Shown here in pieces: positions 26,256 through 35,444 of a DNA stretch of 40,925 bases. Source of the stretch: a virus (taxonomy: Duplodnaviria > Caudoviricetes); the IMG/VR virus record IMGVR_UViG_3300049273_000020, positions 1-40,925 of that record; one strand, 5' to 3'. The position numbers and the translations under genes were made by a program. How positions within the stretch are numbered: the stretch's first letter is position 1; every line of letters begins with the position of its first letter. The notes under the pieces were generated by a model. That model was not told the DNA's origin. It did not search any database and saw only the letters and a program-made list of their open reading frames with translations.

Positions 26256-27166
26256 AGGACCAGCATCCCTCCGGTACGGCGAGGCATCGCCCGTTCCAGC
26301 GATGCCCACTCCCGGCGCGGCCACACGTGCCGCCAGCCCTGAACCGTCACCGCCCGGCCACAGCCGCACGACCCGCCACGACACCGGCACCAGGTGTACC
26401 CGCACCGGATCGACCACTCCCGCTCGTTCGACGAGCCCGCCTCGACGAATAACAGGAACCGGCCACACGCTGGGCACGGCGCATCCACCGGCACCCGCAC
26501 CTCGTCCGGTGCCCCCGCCGCAGTGCGTGCTACCCGGTCGGCCCGTTCCAGCAGGCCCAGCACCGTGGTGGCGGTGTCGTAGTCGGTGAGGTCGTCGAGC
26601 GCCCCCCACCGAGGCGGGTTCGCGAACTCCAGTTCCGCTGTCGCGGCCCACCCGTCGAGCCCTGTGTTCCAGGCGTGGGCGCGGACCGCCTCCGTGCTCG
26701 GCCGCGCTACACCGGTGAGCCAGTCCAGCGCGGTGACCGCAACGAAGTGGTCGTCTCCAGACCGGCCCACGTACACCACGTCGATCGCCGCCGCGACCGC
26801 CTCAGCCGCCTCAACCACCAACGCCCGGACGCTGGCCCGGGCAGCGAGGATCCCCACCCGGACCGGCGCGGCGGATGCACCAACAAAGCCGCGAGACGAC
26901 GCAGTGCCAAGCCCGCGGCCGGCCTCCCACTCGCCTGGTCGGGCCATCCGCGACGGCACCCGGTCTCGCCGTTCCCGCCGGATCAAGCTGTCCAGCCGCA
27001 ACCGCTCCGCCTCGGACAGATACCGAGGATCAGCCCGGCGCAACGCCGGCGAGGCCAGCGACGGCTCCACCTGGTCGGTGAGCCAGCCGAGCGCGGGCCG
27101 CAACCGCCCAATGGTCGCCAGGCACTGCCCAGCGACCACGTGAGCCAGCAGTTCGCTACCCAACAC
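26252..27166 (-). CDS. Zinc-ribbon protein, putative late-gene regulator component
   Basis: CPACG...CGYTWCRCRGGSCGC; last early-region position before the late promoter. Confidence 0.65.
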   Translation of the reverse strand: MLGSELLAHVVAGQCLATIGRLRPALGWLTDQVEPSLASPALRRADPRYLSEAERLRLDSLIRRERRDRVPSRMARPGEWEAGRGLGTASSRGFVGASAAPVRVGILAARASVRALVVEAAEAVAAAIDVVYVGRSGDDHFVAVTALDWLTGVARPSTEAVRAHAWNTGLDGWAATAELEFANPPRWGALDDLTDYDTATTVLGLLERADRVARTAAGAPDEVRVPVDAPCPACGRFLLFVEAGSSNEREWSIRCGYTWCRCRGGSCGCGRAVTVQGWRHVWPRREWASLERAMPRRTGGMLVL

Positions 27167-27503
27167 TGCCTCCGTTGGCGAGCTCCAGGAGCACATCGGC
27201 ATGGCACGGCTGGTCGAGGGGGCACCAACAGGCGAGGTCCCTGCCCGCCAGCACGTTTCGGATCTCGGCTGCATCAGGCGTGAACGCGATCCGGTACAGC
27301 GCCACAGCCAGGTCCGGTGTGATGGGAACCTCGCGGCAGCGCCGCTCCTCCTGGCTGTGAAGTGGCCACTCGATGACCGCACTGTCGCCAACGCGCCATG
27401 GGTTCCCCCACACGCTGGGCCGCCCGACATACACCGCGCCGGCGGGCATGCGCCACCCAGCGGTGCGCTTGCGCTGGATCCGCGCGGGACGACCGTCAGC
27501 CAT
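27156..27503 (-). CDS. DUF4326-like protein
   Basis: VYVGRPSVWGNPW...LAGRDLACWCPLDQPCHADVLLELAN. Confidence 0.85.
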   Translation of the reverse strand: MADGRPARIQRKRTAGWRMPAGAVYVGRPSVWGNPWRVGDSAVIEWPLHSQEERRCREVPITPDLAVALYRIAFTPDAAEIRNVLAGRDLACWCPLDQPCHADVLLELANGGSVG

Positions 27504-27849
27504 CCTCGGCACCTCGATCCGTTTCCCGGTCGAACGCGTCCCGGGAGACAAGCCGTGGATCGAAGACCCGGTCGTGGTTGTCACCAGCGACCGGGTCGGG
27601 CATCCGGTACCGCCTGACGGGGCCACGCTGCTGGTCGCCCTGGCCGAGGTAGGGAGAAGGCCTCCGTTCGTGGCTACTGCCAGCCGCCGCAGCAGCGAAC
27701 CCCATCCCGTCCCCGCTCGCTGGCGCGGTCAGGTTCCACGCCCACTCGGTAAGCCGTTGCAGGTCCTCAGCAGACCCACCCGGCAGTACCGCCACGACCT
27801 TCCGGCCGAGAGCCTCGACGTGCAGGCTCGGGACGAGTTCGTCGGTCAC
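27496..27849 (-). CDS. Hypothetical protein
   Basis: GTGA-coupled to the exonuclease stop. Confidence 0.6.
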   Translation of the reverse strand: MTDELVPSLHVEALGRKVVAVLPGGSAEDLQRLTEWAWNLTAPASGDGMGFAAAAAGSSHERRPSPYLGQGDQQRGPVRRYRMPDPVAGDNHDRVFDPRLVSRDAFDRETDRGAEDG

Positions 27850-28523
27850 GATTCCGCCAGTGCCTTGGTGACGGTGCCGGCCACCGCGTCGTACAGGTCG
27901 CGGACCATACGAGCGTCGCCGAGCGCTGTGTGCCGGTCGGGTTCGTCGTAGGTCAGGCCGAACGTGGCGAGCAGTTCGTCGAAGTCCCATGGAGGTTGGG
28001 AGGCGGTCGCGATGTGTCGCCGGTCGCCGCGCACCTGAAAGGTGCCGCCGCGCTGTCCGATCCAGTACGTGGCGGCCAGGTACCCGGCGGCGAGGGTTTC
28101 GACGTCGACCAGGTGGTAGTGGTTGGTGGCCGCCTGCCCGTTCTTACGGAGGAATCGGCGCAGGAACTGCTCGTCGAACCACGGCACCGCACCGACCACG
28201 ATCGCGCCGTCGAGGATCGTCGCGAGGTGTCCGGCCACCTCATGATCGGTCGTGCGGTACTGCCCGTCCGGAGACTCGATCGCGGCGCCTTCCCCGATGC
28301 GTCGGCCGGCGTAGTCGAACCGGTCGTAGTACCCGGCGATCCGCAACGCGGTCGGGTCGGCGGTTCGCAGGTCGGGCCGGATCTGCCAGCAGTATTCGAG
28401 ATCCTGGGCAGCCGGGTGGCGGACGATCGCGGCGATCTCCCAGATCTCATGCCGGGCCGGGTCGAGGCCGGTGGTCTCGGTGTCCAGGAACACGAGCTGT
28501 GGCTGGGTGGACTGGTTTGGCAT
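27846..28523 (-). CDS. DEDDh 3'-5' exonuclease (DnaQ-like)
   Basis: FLDTETTGLD, WFDEQFL and RHTALGDA motifs. Confidence 0.9.
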   Translation of the reverse strand: MPNQSTQPQLVFLDTETTGLDPARHEIWEIAAIVRHPAAQDLEYCWQIRPDLRTADPTALRIAGYYDRFDYAGRRIGEGAAIESPDGQYRTTDHEVAGHLATILDGAIVVGAVPWFDEQFLRRFLRKNGQAATNHYHLVDVETLAAGYLAATYWIGQRGGTFQVRGDRRHIATASQPPWDFDELLATFGLTYDEPDRHTALGDARMVRDLYDAVAGTVTKALAES

Positions 28524-28535
28524 GGCTTCCTCTTT

Positions 28536-29582
28536 TCACTGGTGATCTGTGGTTGCGGTGGTGGTTGTTGGCGAGGCTCTGGCGGTGGGGCTGGCTCTGG
28601 ATCTGTGGTGGTAGATGTCCGGGGCTTCGGGTGACCTGGAGGGTTGGGATGCCTGGGGGTCACTGCTGACAAGAGCCGGGGGGCCGACCCGACCCGACCC
28701 GGACCCTCCGGACTGTTGGTCTGCTGGTTGTTGTTGCTGGTTGTCGCCGGTTTGCGGGCAGGGTTGTCCCGTCGTTGCGGTGTCGGGACTGGTCGCGGGG
28801 ACTATCGACGGGACTAACGCCGTGTCGTTAGTCGTGTGGGTTGTCGTGTCGTTAGTCGGTTGGTTGTCGTGTGGGTTGTCGGGGAGGTCGTGCAGCTGCT
28901 CGCCGAGCTGTTCCCACTCGGCACGTTGGTCGGGGGTGGGTTCGGGCAGCAGCACCATCCCGGCCTCGTCCGGGGTGCGGTGTCCTTTGTGTTCGTTGCA
29001 TCGGGCGCACGCGACGACGTAGTTGCCGCCGTCGGGGCCGGCGGCCCGGTCCGGGTCGACGTGGTCGTACTGCAACACGCGGCGGCGGTCCCGAGCGCGG
29101 GCCATGCCCCGCTTTTTGAGCGGCCCTGAACGGCAGTAGCGGCAGCATCCGCCGTCCCGCTCGTACACGTGGGCCTTGAGCCTGGTGTCACGGCTGTCGG
29201 CTTTCTGGGCCTGGTTGCGTTTGTACTCGCCGCGGGACGGGTTGCGTTTGAGGAACCCGCAGATCCGGTAGTCGAACCCGGCCGTCCACGGGCCCGAATC
29301 GTCGAGGCAGTTGCGTTCGGCGCAGGCCTCGCCCGGCTGGTGCAGGAACGGTTTCTCACCCAACGTCGGGGTGCACAACATCTGCAACAGGTCGGCCCGG
29401 CCGTCGCAGCACGCGAGGGCCTGGTCACGGGTCAGGTACCCGTCATGGGTGTGGCTGGCGGTCTCACACAGCATCCGCAGGTACGCGAACCCGAGCGCGT
29501 CCCGCAACGCGCGGCGACCCCCGGCGAGCGCAGCCCACCGAGGGTCACGGCCGAGGGTGTCGCTGACCAACGCGTACGGCAT
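28536..29582 (-). CDS. HNH-domain, replication-initiator-like protein
   Basis: ERDGGCCRYC...YDHVDP...NYVVACARCNEHKG; helical N-terminus; repeat-rich C-terminal linker ending GSGSGRVG. Confidence 0.75.
   Translation of the reverse strand: MPYALVSDTLGRDPRWAALAGGRRALRDALGFAYLRMLCETASHTHDGYLTRDQALACCDGRADLLQMLCTPTLGEKPFLHQPGEACAERNCLDDSGPWTAGFDYRICGFLKRNPSRGEYKRNQAQKADSRDTRLKAHVYERDGGCCRYCRSGPLKKRGMARARDRRRVLQYDHVDPDRAAGPDGGNYVVACARCNEHKGHRTPDEAGMVLLPEPTPDQRAEWEQLGEQLHDLPDNPHDNQPTNDTTTHTTNDTALVPSIVPATSPDTATTGQPCPQTGDNQQQQPADQQSGGSGSGRVGPPALVSSDPQASQPSRSPEAPDIYHHRSRASPTARASPTTTTATTDHQ
28821..28881. repeat. Interlocking direct repeats (iteron-like)
   Basis: CGTGTCGTTAGTCG at 28821 and 28845; GTCGTGTGGGTTGTCG at 28831 and 28866. 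Confidence 0.75.
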
Positions 29583-29665
29583 CAAGCGCCCCCAACCGTC
29601 GAGGCGGTCGGGGGCGCTGGTGCCGCCCAGCAGGGCATCACCACCACCAGGTGGCGAATCGTCAC
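29582..29665 (-). CDS. 27-aa micro-ORF coupled on both sides
   Basis: MTIRHLVVVMPCWAAPAPPTASTVGGA; GTGA overlap upstream and TGATG overlap downstream. Confidence 0.4.
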   Translation of the reverse strand: MTIRHLVVVMPCWAAPAPPTASTVGGA

Positions 29666-29844
29666 GGGACACCACCGCCCGGATCCGCCGGCGGCTCGGC
29701 GGCCGCCTTCGCGGCGCGTGCGGCTATCCGGGCCGATTGGAGGTCACCGCACGCACCGCATTCCTTGCGCTCAAAGGTCACGACCCGGCTGGTCATCGCA
29801 CCCGGTGCCTGGAAGTGACACACGTGCGGGTACGGCGCCGTCAT
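29662..29844 (-). CDS. Small Cys/His hypothetical protein
   Basis: ATGA overlap; HVCH...CGACG. Confidence 0.55.
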   Translation of the reverse strand: MTAPYPHVCHFQAPGAMTSRVVTFERKECGACGDLQSARIAARAAKAAAEPPADPGGGVP

Positions 29845-29968
29845 CGGCACGTCCCGGCCCAACGCCGCCGTCGCGGCCACCCAGATGCCCCGGCGGCGTA
29901 CCACCGGCGCCGGCGACGCACCCGCAGGCCCGCCCGGCTGGTCCGGCCCTGCCCCCCGCCGCACCGGC

Positions 29969-30493
29969 TCAACCCCCGTCCAGGCCCGGGACGGCAGGCT
30001 GGTGGTCCGGGGCGAGCAGCCCGGCCGCGAACAGCGCCCACGCCGCGGCGGTGTGCGGGCAGGTGAACGACTCGTCGAGCTCGGCCACGGCGACCATCCG
30101 CAGCACGTCGAGTCCGTGACTGCGAGCGTCGGTCGGGGTGAGGCTCCCGAACGGTTGGCCGTCCAGGGTGATCTGCACGATCGGGCGTCGTTTCGCGTTG
30201 ATGATCGGCGCGAACCGCAGCGGCGCGGTGGCCTCGTCCGGAGTAGATCGCTGGTCGCGTAGTCCGAGCACCAGACTCGCCGCGACGCTCTCGTCCGCGT
30301 TCATCGCCTTTGCCTGCCGGAACACTGCGGCGTCGTGGTCGGCGGCCTCGGCTGCCGCCACGACGCCGAGGGCGTACTGCACCGCCTGGTGGCGGTCGAG
30401 GGTGACCGCCCGGTCTTTGGTGATCTGAAGCGTCACCACATACGAGCCGTCCGGCACGATGTCGGACAGCACCACGATCTCGCCGCTACCCAC
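29969..30493 (-). CDS. Hypothetical protein
   Basis: High-GC3 frame overlapping the upstream stop; start approximate. Confidence 0.65.
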   Translation of the reverse strand: MGSGEIVVLSDIVPDGSYVVTLQITKDRAVTLDRHQAVQYALGVVAAAEAADHDAAVFRQAKAMNADESVAASLVLGLRDQRSTPDEATAPLRFAPIINAKRRPIVQITLDGQPFGSLTPTDARSHGLDVLRMVAVAELDESFTCPHTAAAWALFAAGLLAPDHQPAVPGLDGG

Positions 30494-31004
30494 GGCCGCC
30501 ACCGCCCCGGCGCGCGGCGGCCGCGCCCAGGAACGCCGCGCGGATCCGCATGGCCTGGACGAACACGTGCCGCTGCCATTCCGTGAACCGGACACCAACC
30601 ACCCACTCGACAGTTGCGGATGGGGGTGTCTCGTCCGTGTCCGGTTCCCACCGAGCGGCGGGTTCCCACACCCAGCCCCCGACGCCGGGGACACGCACCC
30701 GGTACCGGCCGGGCGTGACGGGCGGGCCCGCCGACGCCGCGATGCGGGTGTGCAGGTCGCAGTCCATCAACGCGTCGTCGAGGCGTTCGCGCAGCGGGTG
30801 CCGGACAGTAAACCCCGTTCCGGTGAGCTCGACGACGTGTTCGACTTCCCGGTCGGCGAGGATCTCATCGACGGCGGACGGACGCGGGCAGGTCAATATG
30901 GCGCAGGTGACACGCCCGCCCGCACCGAGGAACAGCGAAGAACGGCCGCAGGCTGGGCAATGGCCCTGCACCTTCGGGCGGCCGGGGTAGGGGTCTTCGG
31001 TCAT
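30486..31004 (-). CDS. DUF6085-like zinc-binding protein
   Basis: VQGHCPACGRSSLFL...TC...CPRP...RHPLRERLDDALMDCDLH. Confidence 0.7.
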   Translation of the reverse strand: MTEDPYPGRPKVQGHCPACGRSSLFLGAGGRVTCAILTCPRPSAVDEILADREVEHVVELTGTGFTVRHPLRERLDDALMDCDLHTRIAASAGPPVTPGRYRVRVPGVGGWVWEPAARWEPDTDETPPSATVEWVVGVRFTEWQRHVFVQAMRIRAAFLGAAAARRGGGGRG

Positions 31005-31339
31005 GCTTCGTCTCCTGCTGGTGTCGTGTGGGCGGTGGCCACCGCGCGGGTCAGGGCGGTGACCATTTCCTCGCCGAGGTCGGCGGCGCAGACCGGCCCG
31101 ACGCCGCGGGCTTTCGAGGCGGGGTCGGTGAGTTTCCGGCCGCACCAGCTGCACCGGTCGGTGAGCGCGGCGAACCGGGCCTGCGCTGTGGTGCGGTCGG
31201 CGTCGATCGCGTTGGTGACCTCCGCAGTGGCCAGAGCACGGCCAGGACGCGGCCAGGGTCTGACCAGGTCGTCGCCGCCGCGTCGCCAGTACGTGACGTC
31301 GCCGGCGTCCGGGTGCGGCAGCGCGTAGTACTCGGTCAC
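31001..31339 (-). CDS. DUF6011-like zinc-finger protein
   Basis: CSWCGRKLTDPASKARGVGPVC. Confidence 0.78.
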   Translation of the reverse strand: MTEYYALPHPDAGDVTYWRRGGDDLVRPWPRPGRALATAEVTNAIDADRTTAQARFAALTDRCSWCGRKLTDPASKARGVGPVCAADLGEEMVTALTRAVATAHTTPAGDEA

Positions 31340-31635
31340 CTGGTCGTCCTTCCGGGTGGTGGTGTGCCGCCGCGGCGGCGTTTGCGGCTGAACTCCTTCG
31401 CGGCCGGGCACGTGGCGAAATGCGGCTTGTACCGGGGGCCGGTGTAGGTGGCGAGTTGGTCTTTGGTCATCACCTCGGCCAGCCACCCACCACCGGCCGC
31501 AGCGCGGAGCCGCACGTTGCCCGCCGGATCCGGTTTCGGGTTGACCGGCATCACCTCGCCTTTGGTGGTCCGGACGAACCGCATCGTCGCCCCGCACGCG
31601 TCGCAGTCGCGGAGGTCACGCCGCTGGTCATCCAT
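31336..31635 (-). CDS. Conserved phage zinc-binding hypothetical protein
   Basis: CDACGA...MPVNPKPDPAGNV...HFATCP. Confidence 0.75.
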   Translation of the reverse strand: MDDQRRDLRDCDACGATMRFVRTTKGEVMPVNPKPDPAGNVRLRAAAGGGWLAEVMTKDQLATYTGPRYKPHFATCPAAKEFSRKRRRGGTPPPGRTTR

Positions 31636-31853
31636 CAGTCCTCCCGTTCGCCGAGGATCCGCCGGGACAGCTGGGCGGCGTCGTCGTCGACTCGTGGCCA
31701 CGCCGCCGCCGGCGTGCGGTGGACGTCGTTGGTGCGGGGCCGGCCGCACCGGCAGTAGGTGACGCCGCGGTGATCGGCGCCGTATTCGGGGGCCTCGGCG
31801 AACACGTGAGTCCGCCGTACGCGTCTGGCCTTCGCGCGGCCCACATCAGCCAC
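31635..31853 (-). CDS. Small hypothetical protein
   Basis: HVF...CRCGRP...VH; TGATG-coupled downstream. Confidence 0.6.
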   Translation of the reverse strand: MADVGRAKARRVRRTHVFAEAPEYGADHRGVTYCRCGRPRTNDVHRTPAAAWPRVDDDAAQLSRRILGERED

Positions 31854-32472
31854 CACCAACCGGCACGGTCGGGGTGGCGTCCGCGGTGGCCTCCAGCGCG
31901 CTGTACGCCGCGTCCAACTCAGCCCGCAGCCGGGCCTCGCGCTGCTCGGCTTCGGTGACCACCTGGTGCAGCCGTTCCCGGGCCTCGGCGAGCTCGCCGG
32001 CGAGCCGGTCCCGGTCCGCGCGGGCGCAGGCCACCTCAGCCGCGACACCCTCGTATGCGGCGACCAGCTGCGGCACGTACGCCGCGGCGGCCGCGGCCGC
32101 CGACACCCAATCGAGGCGGCCGGGTTGCCCGGCCGCTGCGGCCAGGCGCCGCTCGTAGGACTCGACCGCGACGCGTGCGCTGCCGGTGTCGGCCAGCAGC
32201 CTGGTCGCGTCCAGGCGCGGCAGCCACCGCACCTTCGTACGGCCGCCGTGCCCGTGGATCCGTTCCAGATCCCCGATCGACGCGTACACCGCGGTGGACC
32301 CGGCCATACCCTGCGCGCACCAGCGCATCACCGCGGTGCCATCCGGCCACACCACCAGCCACGCCACCAGCCCGGTACCCGACACCCCGGACTCGTCCAC
32401 GTCGCGCCACAGCACACCCAGCCGCGGCGACGGTTCGCCGCGACTGGGCGGGTTGTGCTTCGCACGGGCCAC
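31846..32472 (-). CDS. Phage protein (SGVSGTG...HGHGG domain plus coiled coil)
   Basis: DESGVSGTGLVA...DGTAVMRW...IHGHGGRTKVRW resembles a recurrent phage domain of unknown function. Confidence 0.75.
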   Translation of the reverse strand: MARAKHNPPSRGEPSPRLGVLWRDVDESGVSGTGLVAWLVVWPDGTAVMRWCAQGMAGSTAVYASIGDLERIHGHGGRTKVRWLPRLDATRLLADTGSARVAVESYERRLAAAAGQPGRLDWVSAAAAAAAYVPQLVAAYEGVAAEVACARADRDRLAGELAEARERLHQVVTEAEQREARLRAELDAAYSALEATADATPTVPVGGG

Positions 32473-32474
32473 GG

Positions 32475-33194
32475 CTACACCCCTCCGTGGCCGCGGGCCG
32501 GGGACCGGCCGTACGCGGCCGCGAACGACAGAGCCTCAGCCCAGGTGTGCAGCAGGATCCACACCGGACGGGCCCGCTCAGCCGCATCGGATGCCCGCCC
32601 GGCCTCCCAGTCGGCGATGTACCCGTCCGGTCGAGACTCGAAGTCGGCCTCGACGGCAGCCAGGTCCTCGGCCCGGTACGCCGCAGCCAGAGGTTCGTAC
32701 GCTTCCCGGACCGGCCGGTCCAGGTCCTCATGACCAGTGGCCAACACGTCCGGGGTCCGCAACGGCGGGCGGTACCGGTCGGGCCACACGTCCCCGTCGC
32801 TGGCCGGGCGGTCGCCGACCAGGATCCGCAGCAGCGTCCGCGCTTCCAGCTCTCCAGCGGTCACGGCACGGCCGGCCAGCACGCCTTCCAGGGCCAGGGC
32901 AGCCGACTGGGCGTACCAGCCGACCACCTCCCGGTACGTGGCCGCCGCCGCCCGCTCGGCCTTGTGCACCGCCTGCTGGTGCCGGAAGGTGACCGCAGCG
33001 GTCGGCCGGCACGTCGCCAGGTCGAGATCCCCGCCCTGCGGCGCGGCATACGGCAGGAAACCGGTCGTACGGACCGCGAGCTCTGCCTGGTCCAAGTGCA
33101 CCTTGGCCAAGGCAGCCGCATACGCCATCTCCCGCAACCACTCACCAGCGGTCGGATCCAGCAGCACCGGTGCCGTGTACTCCACGCTGCTCAC
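32475..33194 (-). CDS. Hypothetical helical protein
   Basis: GTGA-coupled start with GGAGG RBS. Confidence 0.65.
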   Translation of the reverse strand: MSSVEYTAPVLLDPTAGEWLREMAYAAALAKVHLDQAELAVRTTGFLPYAAPQGGDLDLATCRPTAAVTFRHQQAVHKAERAAAATYREVVGWYAQSAALALEGVLAGRAVTAGELEARTLLRILVGDRPASDGDVWPDRYRPPLRTPDVLATGHEDLDRPVREAYEPLAAAYRAEDLAAVEADFESRPDGYIADWEAGRASDAAERARPVWILLHTWAEALSFAAAYGRSPARGHGGV

Positions 33195-33844
33195 CAGAAC
33201 GTCACCTCCTCGGCCACCCGCGGCCGGCACCACACGCACACCCACCGCAGGTCAGCCCGGCCGGCCGCATCCCGGCACGTGGCGTGCATCCCGCCCCCGT
33301 TCGCCGAGCCGTGCCGCACCGGGCCGTACGCGCCCGGCGCGTACACACCGGCCGCCAGATCGGTCCACCCGAGAAGGACCCGCCGCGGCTGGCCGGCACG
33401 CAGCCCGATCTCCACCGCCGCGGCGAGCAACCCATCCGGGTCGACCGGCGCCTGTTTGGACGCCTTCACCGCGTCGACCACGTCGTCCCACGTCGGGAAC
33501 GGCCGCCCTGTCTCCGGTGAGACCGCGTGCGCCGCCAACACGTCGTCGGCCAGGTCGGCCTCGCCGCACGGGTCGGCCAGCGGATCCGCGGCGTCGTGCT
33601 CCGGAGCGGGGGTGTGGGCGGGGCCCGACCCGAAAGCCGCCCCCGCCCTATCTCCCGCACCCGGCAGGCGTGTGCGCGAATCCAGATCCCGGGTGGCGCG
33701 GACATGCGGCCAGAACCACGGCACGACCGCGACCGCCACCACGGCGAGCACCACGACCAACAACCACCAGCCGGGACCGTCCCCGGTGTACGGGACCGGC
33801 GACGGCGACGGCATCGGACTAGGCACTGCGAACACCACGCTCAC
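33191..33844 (-). CDS. Membrane-anchored hypothetical protein
   Basis: WWLLVVVLAVVAVAVVPWFW TM segment. Confidence 0.65.
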   Translation of the reverse strand: MSVVFAVPSPMPSPSPVPYTGDGPGWWLLVVVLAVVAVAVVPWFWPHVRATRDLDSRTRLPGAGDRAGAAFGSGPAHTPAPEHDAADPLADPCGEADLADDVLAAHAVSPETGRPFPTWDDVVDAVKASKQAPVDPDGLLAAAVEIGLRAGQPRRVLLGWTDLAAGVYAPGAYGPVRHGSANGGGMHATCRDAAGRADLRWVCVWCRPRVAEEVTFW

Positions 33845-34103
33845 CCCCGCCCGCTATCCGCCGTTCCCGGCCCGGCACCTGGTCGCGGTGGCCACGGGTC
33901 GCCTCGGCCACCTGCCTGCGCCGTAGGTCGTTCAGGTCGTCGACGTCAATAAGGTCAGCCCGCCGGTCCCGCAAATGCGCCGGCGCCCAGGCGTGCAGGG
34001 CCGCGTACCGGGCGCGGCGGTCGGCCTGGACCACGTACACCACCAACGCGACCACCACGCCCACCACCAGGGAGAGCACGACCGCAATCACGATCCCGAT
34101 CAC
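33819..34103 (-). CDS. Small membrane protein
   Basis: IGIVIAVVLSLVVGVVVALVVYVV; GTGA overlap. Confidence 0.65.
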   Translation of the reverse strand: MIGIVIAVVLSLVVGVVVALVVYVVQADRRARYAALHAWAPAHLRDRRADLIDVDDLNDLRRRQVAEATRGHRDQVPGRERRIAGGGERGVRSA

Positions 34104-34240
34104 CGGTCCCACCTCCACGGCGCGAACATCGCCGCTGCGGCCGCCGCGGCCGAGACCACCAGCACCGCCATCGGCGCGAACGCCGCCAGCTCGGTGTGGT
34201 CGATCACCAGACCGGCCACCTGGTCGATCAGGTAGCTCAC
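34100..34240 (-). CDS. 46-aa membrane micro-protein (absent from the ORF track)
   Basis: MSYLIDQVAGLVIDHTELAAFAPMAVLVVSAAAAAAAMFAPWRWDR; GTGA overlaps at both ends; GGAGG RBS. Confidence 0.6.
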   Translation of the reverse strand: MSYLIDQVAGLVIDHTELAAFAPMAVLVVSAAAAAAAMFAPWRWDR

Positions 34241-34662
34241 CGGGGACCACCTCCGATCGCCAGTTCGGTCTCCAGGTCGAGCAGTTCGGTCTGGGTGAGT
34301 CGGTCACGCATCAGCGCGCGGCCGCCGATCGGGGCGTCCCCATCGGCGCGCTCGAGCGCGACTTCCAGGTCCCGGGCGATCCGGGCCAGCGTGGTTGCGG
34401 CGTCCTCCCCGGTCATCTCGGCCCACGACTCGTAGCCGTGGACCCGGTCGAACCACCCCTGCGTCACCGTCAGGCATTCGATGTGCCGGTCGTCGTCGAC
34501 GCCGAGCAACACCGCGAGCACCGCCCGCCTGGCGGTCATGTCCCGGTCCCGGGCAGCGCCGGTCGCGTACCGGGCCGCGTCCGCGAGCAACTGCGGACCG
34601 GTCGCCGGCCAGTTGCGTTCCCGTGCCGCGTGGCGTCCCAGCCGCGTCGTCGTGGCGGTCAC
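34237..34662 (-). CDS. Hypothetical protein
   Basis: GTGA-coupled; GGAGG RBS. Confidence 0.65.
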   Translation of the reverse strand: MTATTTRLGRHAARERNWPATGPQLLADAARYATGAARDRDMTARRAVLAVLLGVDDDRHIECLTVTQGWFDRVHGYESWAEMTGEDAATTLARIARDLEVALERADGDAPIGGRALMRDRLTQTELLDLETELAIGGGPR

Positions 34663-35444
34663 CGGGTCGCCTCCGTTCCGGCAGCGAGGCCCGCGGCCAC
34701 GGTTTCCAGGAGCTCGGCAGCCTGCTCGGCCGTGCCCGCGGCCCGGTCGTTCCAGCTCGCCGCGGTCCACACACCCGGCCGCCCGCCGCAGTTCGGGCCC
34801 GGCGCCAGGTCGGCCAGGTACTCGTCGACCGCGGTCTCAGCCCGGAACAGCCGGGCTGCCGTGGCCGTGTCGTGGTCGGCCTGCGTCGTGGCCGGGGACC
34901 CGGTCACCGCGACCCGGATCGCGCCGATCAGGCACACCCGGCCGTCCTTGTCACACAACGCGCCCCGGGCCAGCCCCCGCTCCCGGACCACGCTGGCAGC
35001 GGCACGCAGATCCGCGGCCACCTGGTCGGCCGCGTCGACGAACTCGACAACGGCCTCACGGTCTGCCTCTGGCGCCGAGGTCGCGTCAGCCACAGTGGTG
35101 TACGTGACCGGCAACTCAGCCAGCCGGGCCCGCAGGTAATCGACGTGCCACCGCGCCTGCTCGGCGGCGATGTCCGGACTCGGGTGCGCTGCGGCCGCGG
35201 TCGTGGTCAGATGCGGCAACGTCTGCACCAGGTGCATCACCCGATGCCGCAACAAGTCGTCGTACGCCGCGCTGTCCCCAACCGTCGCCGGATACGGCAA
35301 CGCGACCGCTTCCAGCACCAAGGCGATCACCGCGTCGACATCCACACGAACAGGCGCGGCGGTGGTGGTTTCCGAAGCCTCGTCGGCGTCGGCCTCGTCG
35401 ACCTGGTCGACGTCGGCCGGGATTGTCGAGTCAGTGGCGGTCAT
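34659..35444 (-). CDS. Two-domain protein with C-terminal DUF6197-like domain
   Basis: LRAAASVVRERG...CLIGAI...SWND...AAELL. Confidence 0.7.
   Translation of the reverse strand: MTATDSTIPADVDQVDEADADEASETTTAAPVRVDVDAVIALVLEAVALPYPATVGDSAAYDDLLRHRVMHLVQTLPHLTTTAAAAHPSPDIAAEQARWHVDYLRARLAELPVTYTTVADATSAPEADREAVVEFVDAADQVAADLRAAASVVRERGLARGALCDKDGRVCLIGAIRVAVTGSPATTQADHDTATAARLFRAETAVDEYLADLAPGPNCGGRPGVWTAASWNDRAAGTAEQAAELLETVAAGLAAGTEATR

Noticed and set aside
28821-28881. Possible CRISPR-like mini-array
   Set aside because: The repeats are short, overlapping and lack unique spacers; no cas genes. Treated as iteron-like instead.
32055-33926. 623-aa plus-strand ORF and many similar antisense ORFs
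   Set aside because: Shadow ORFs opposite a coherent chain of coupled minus-strand genes; no motifs.
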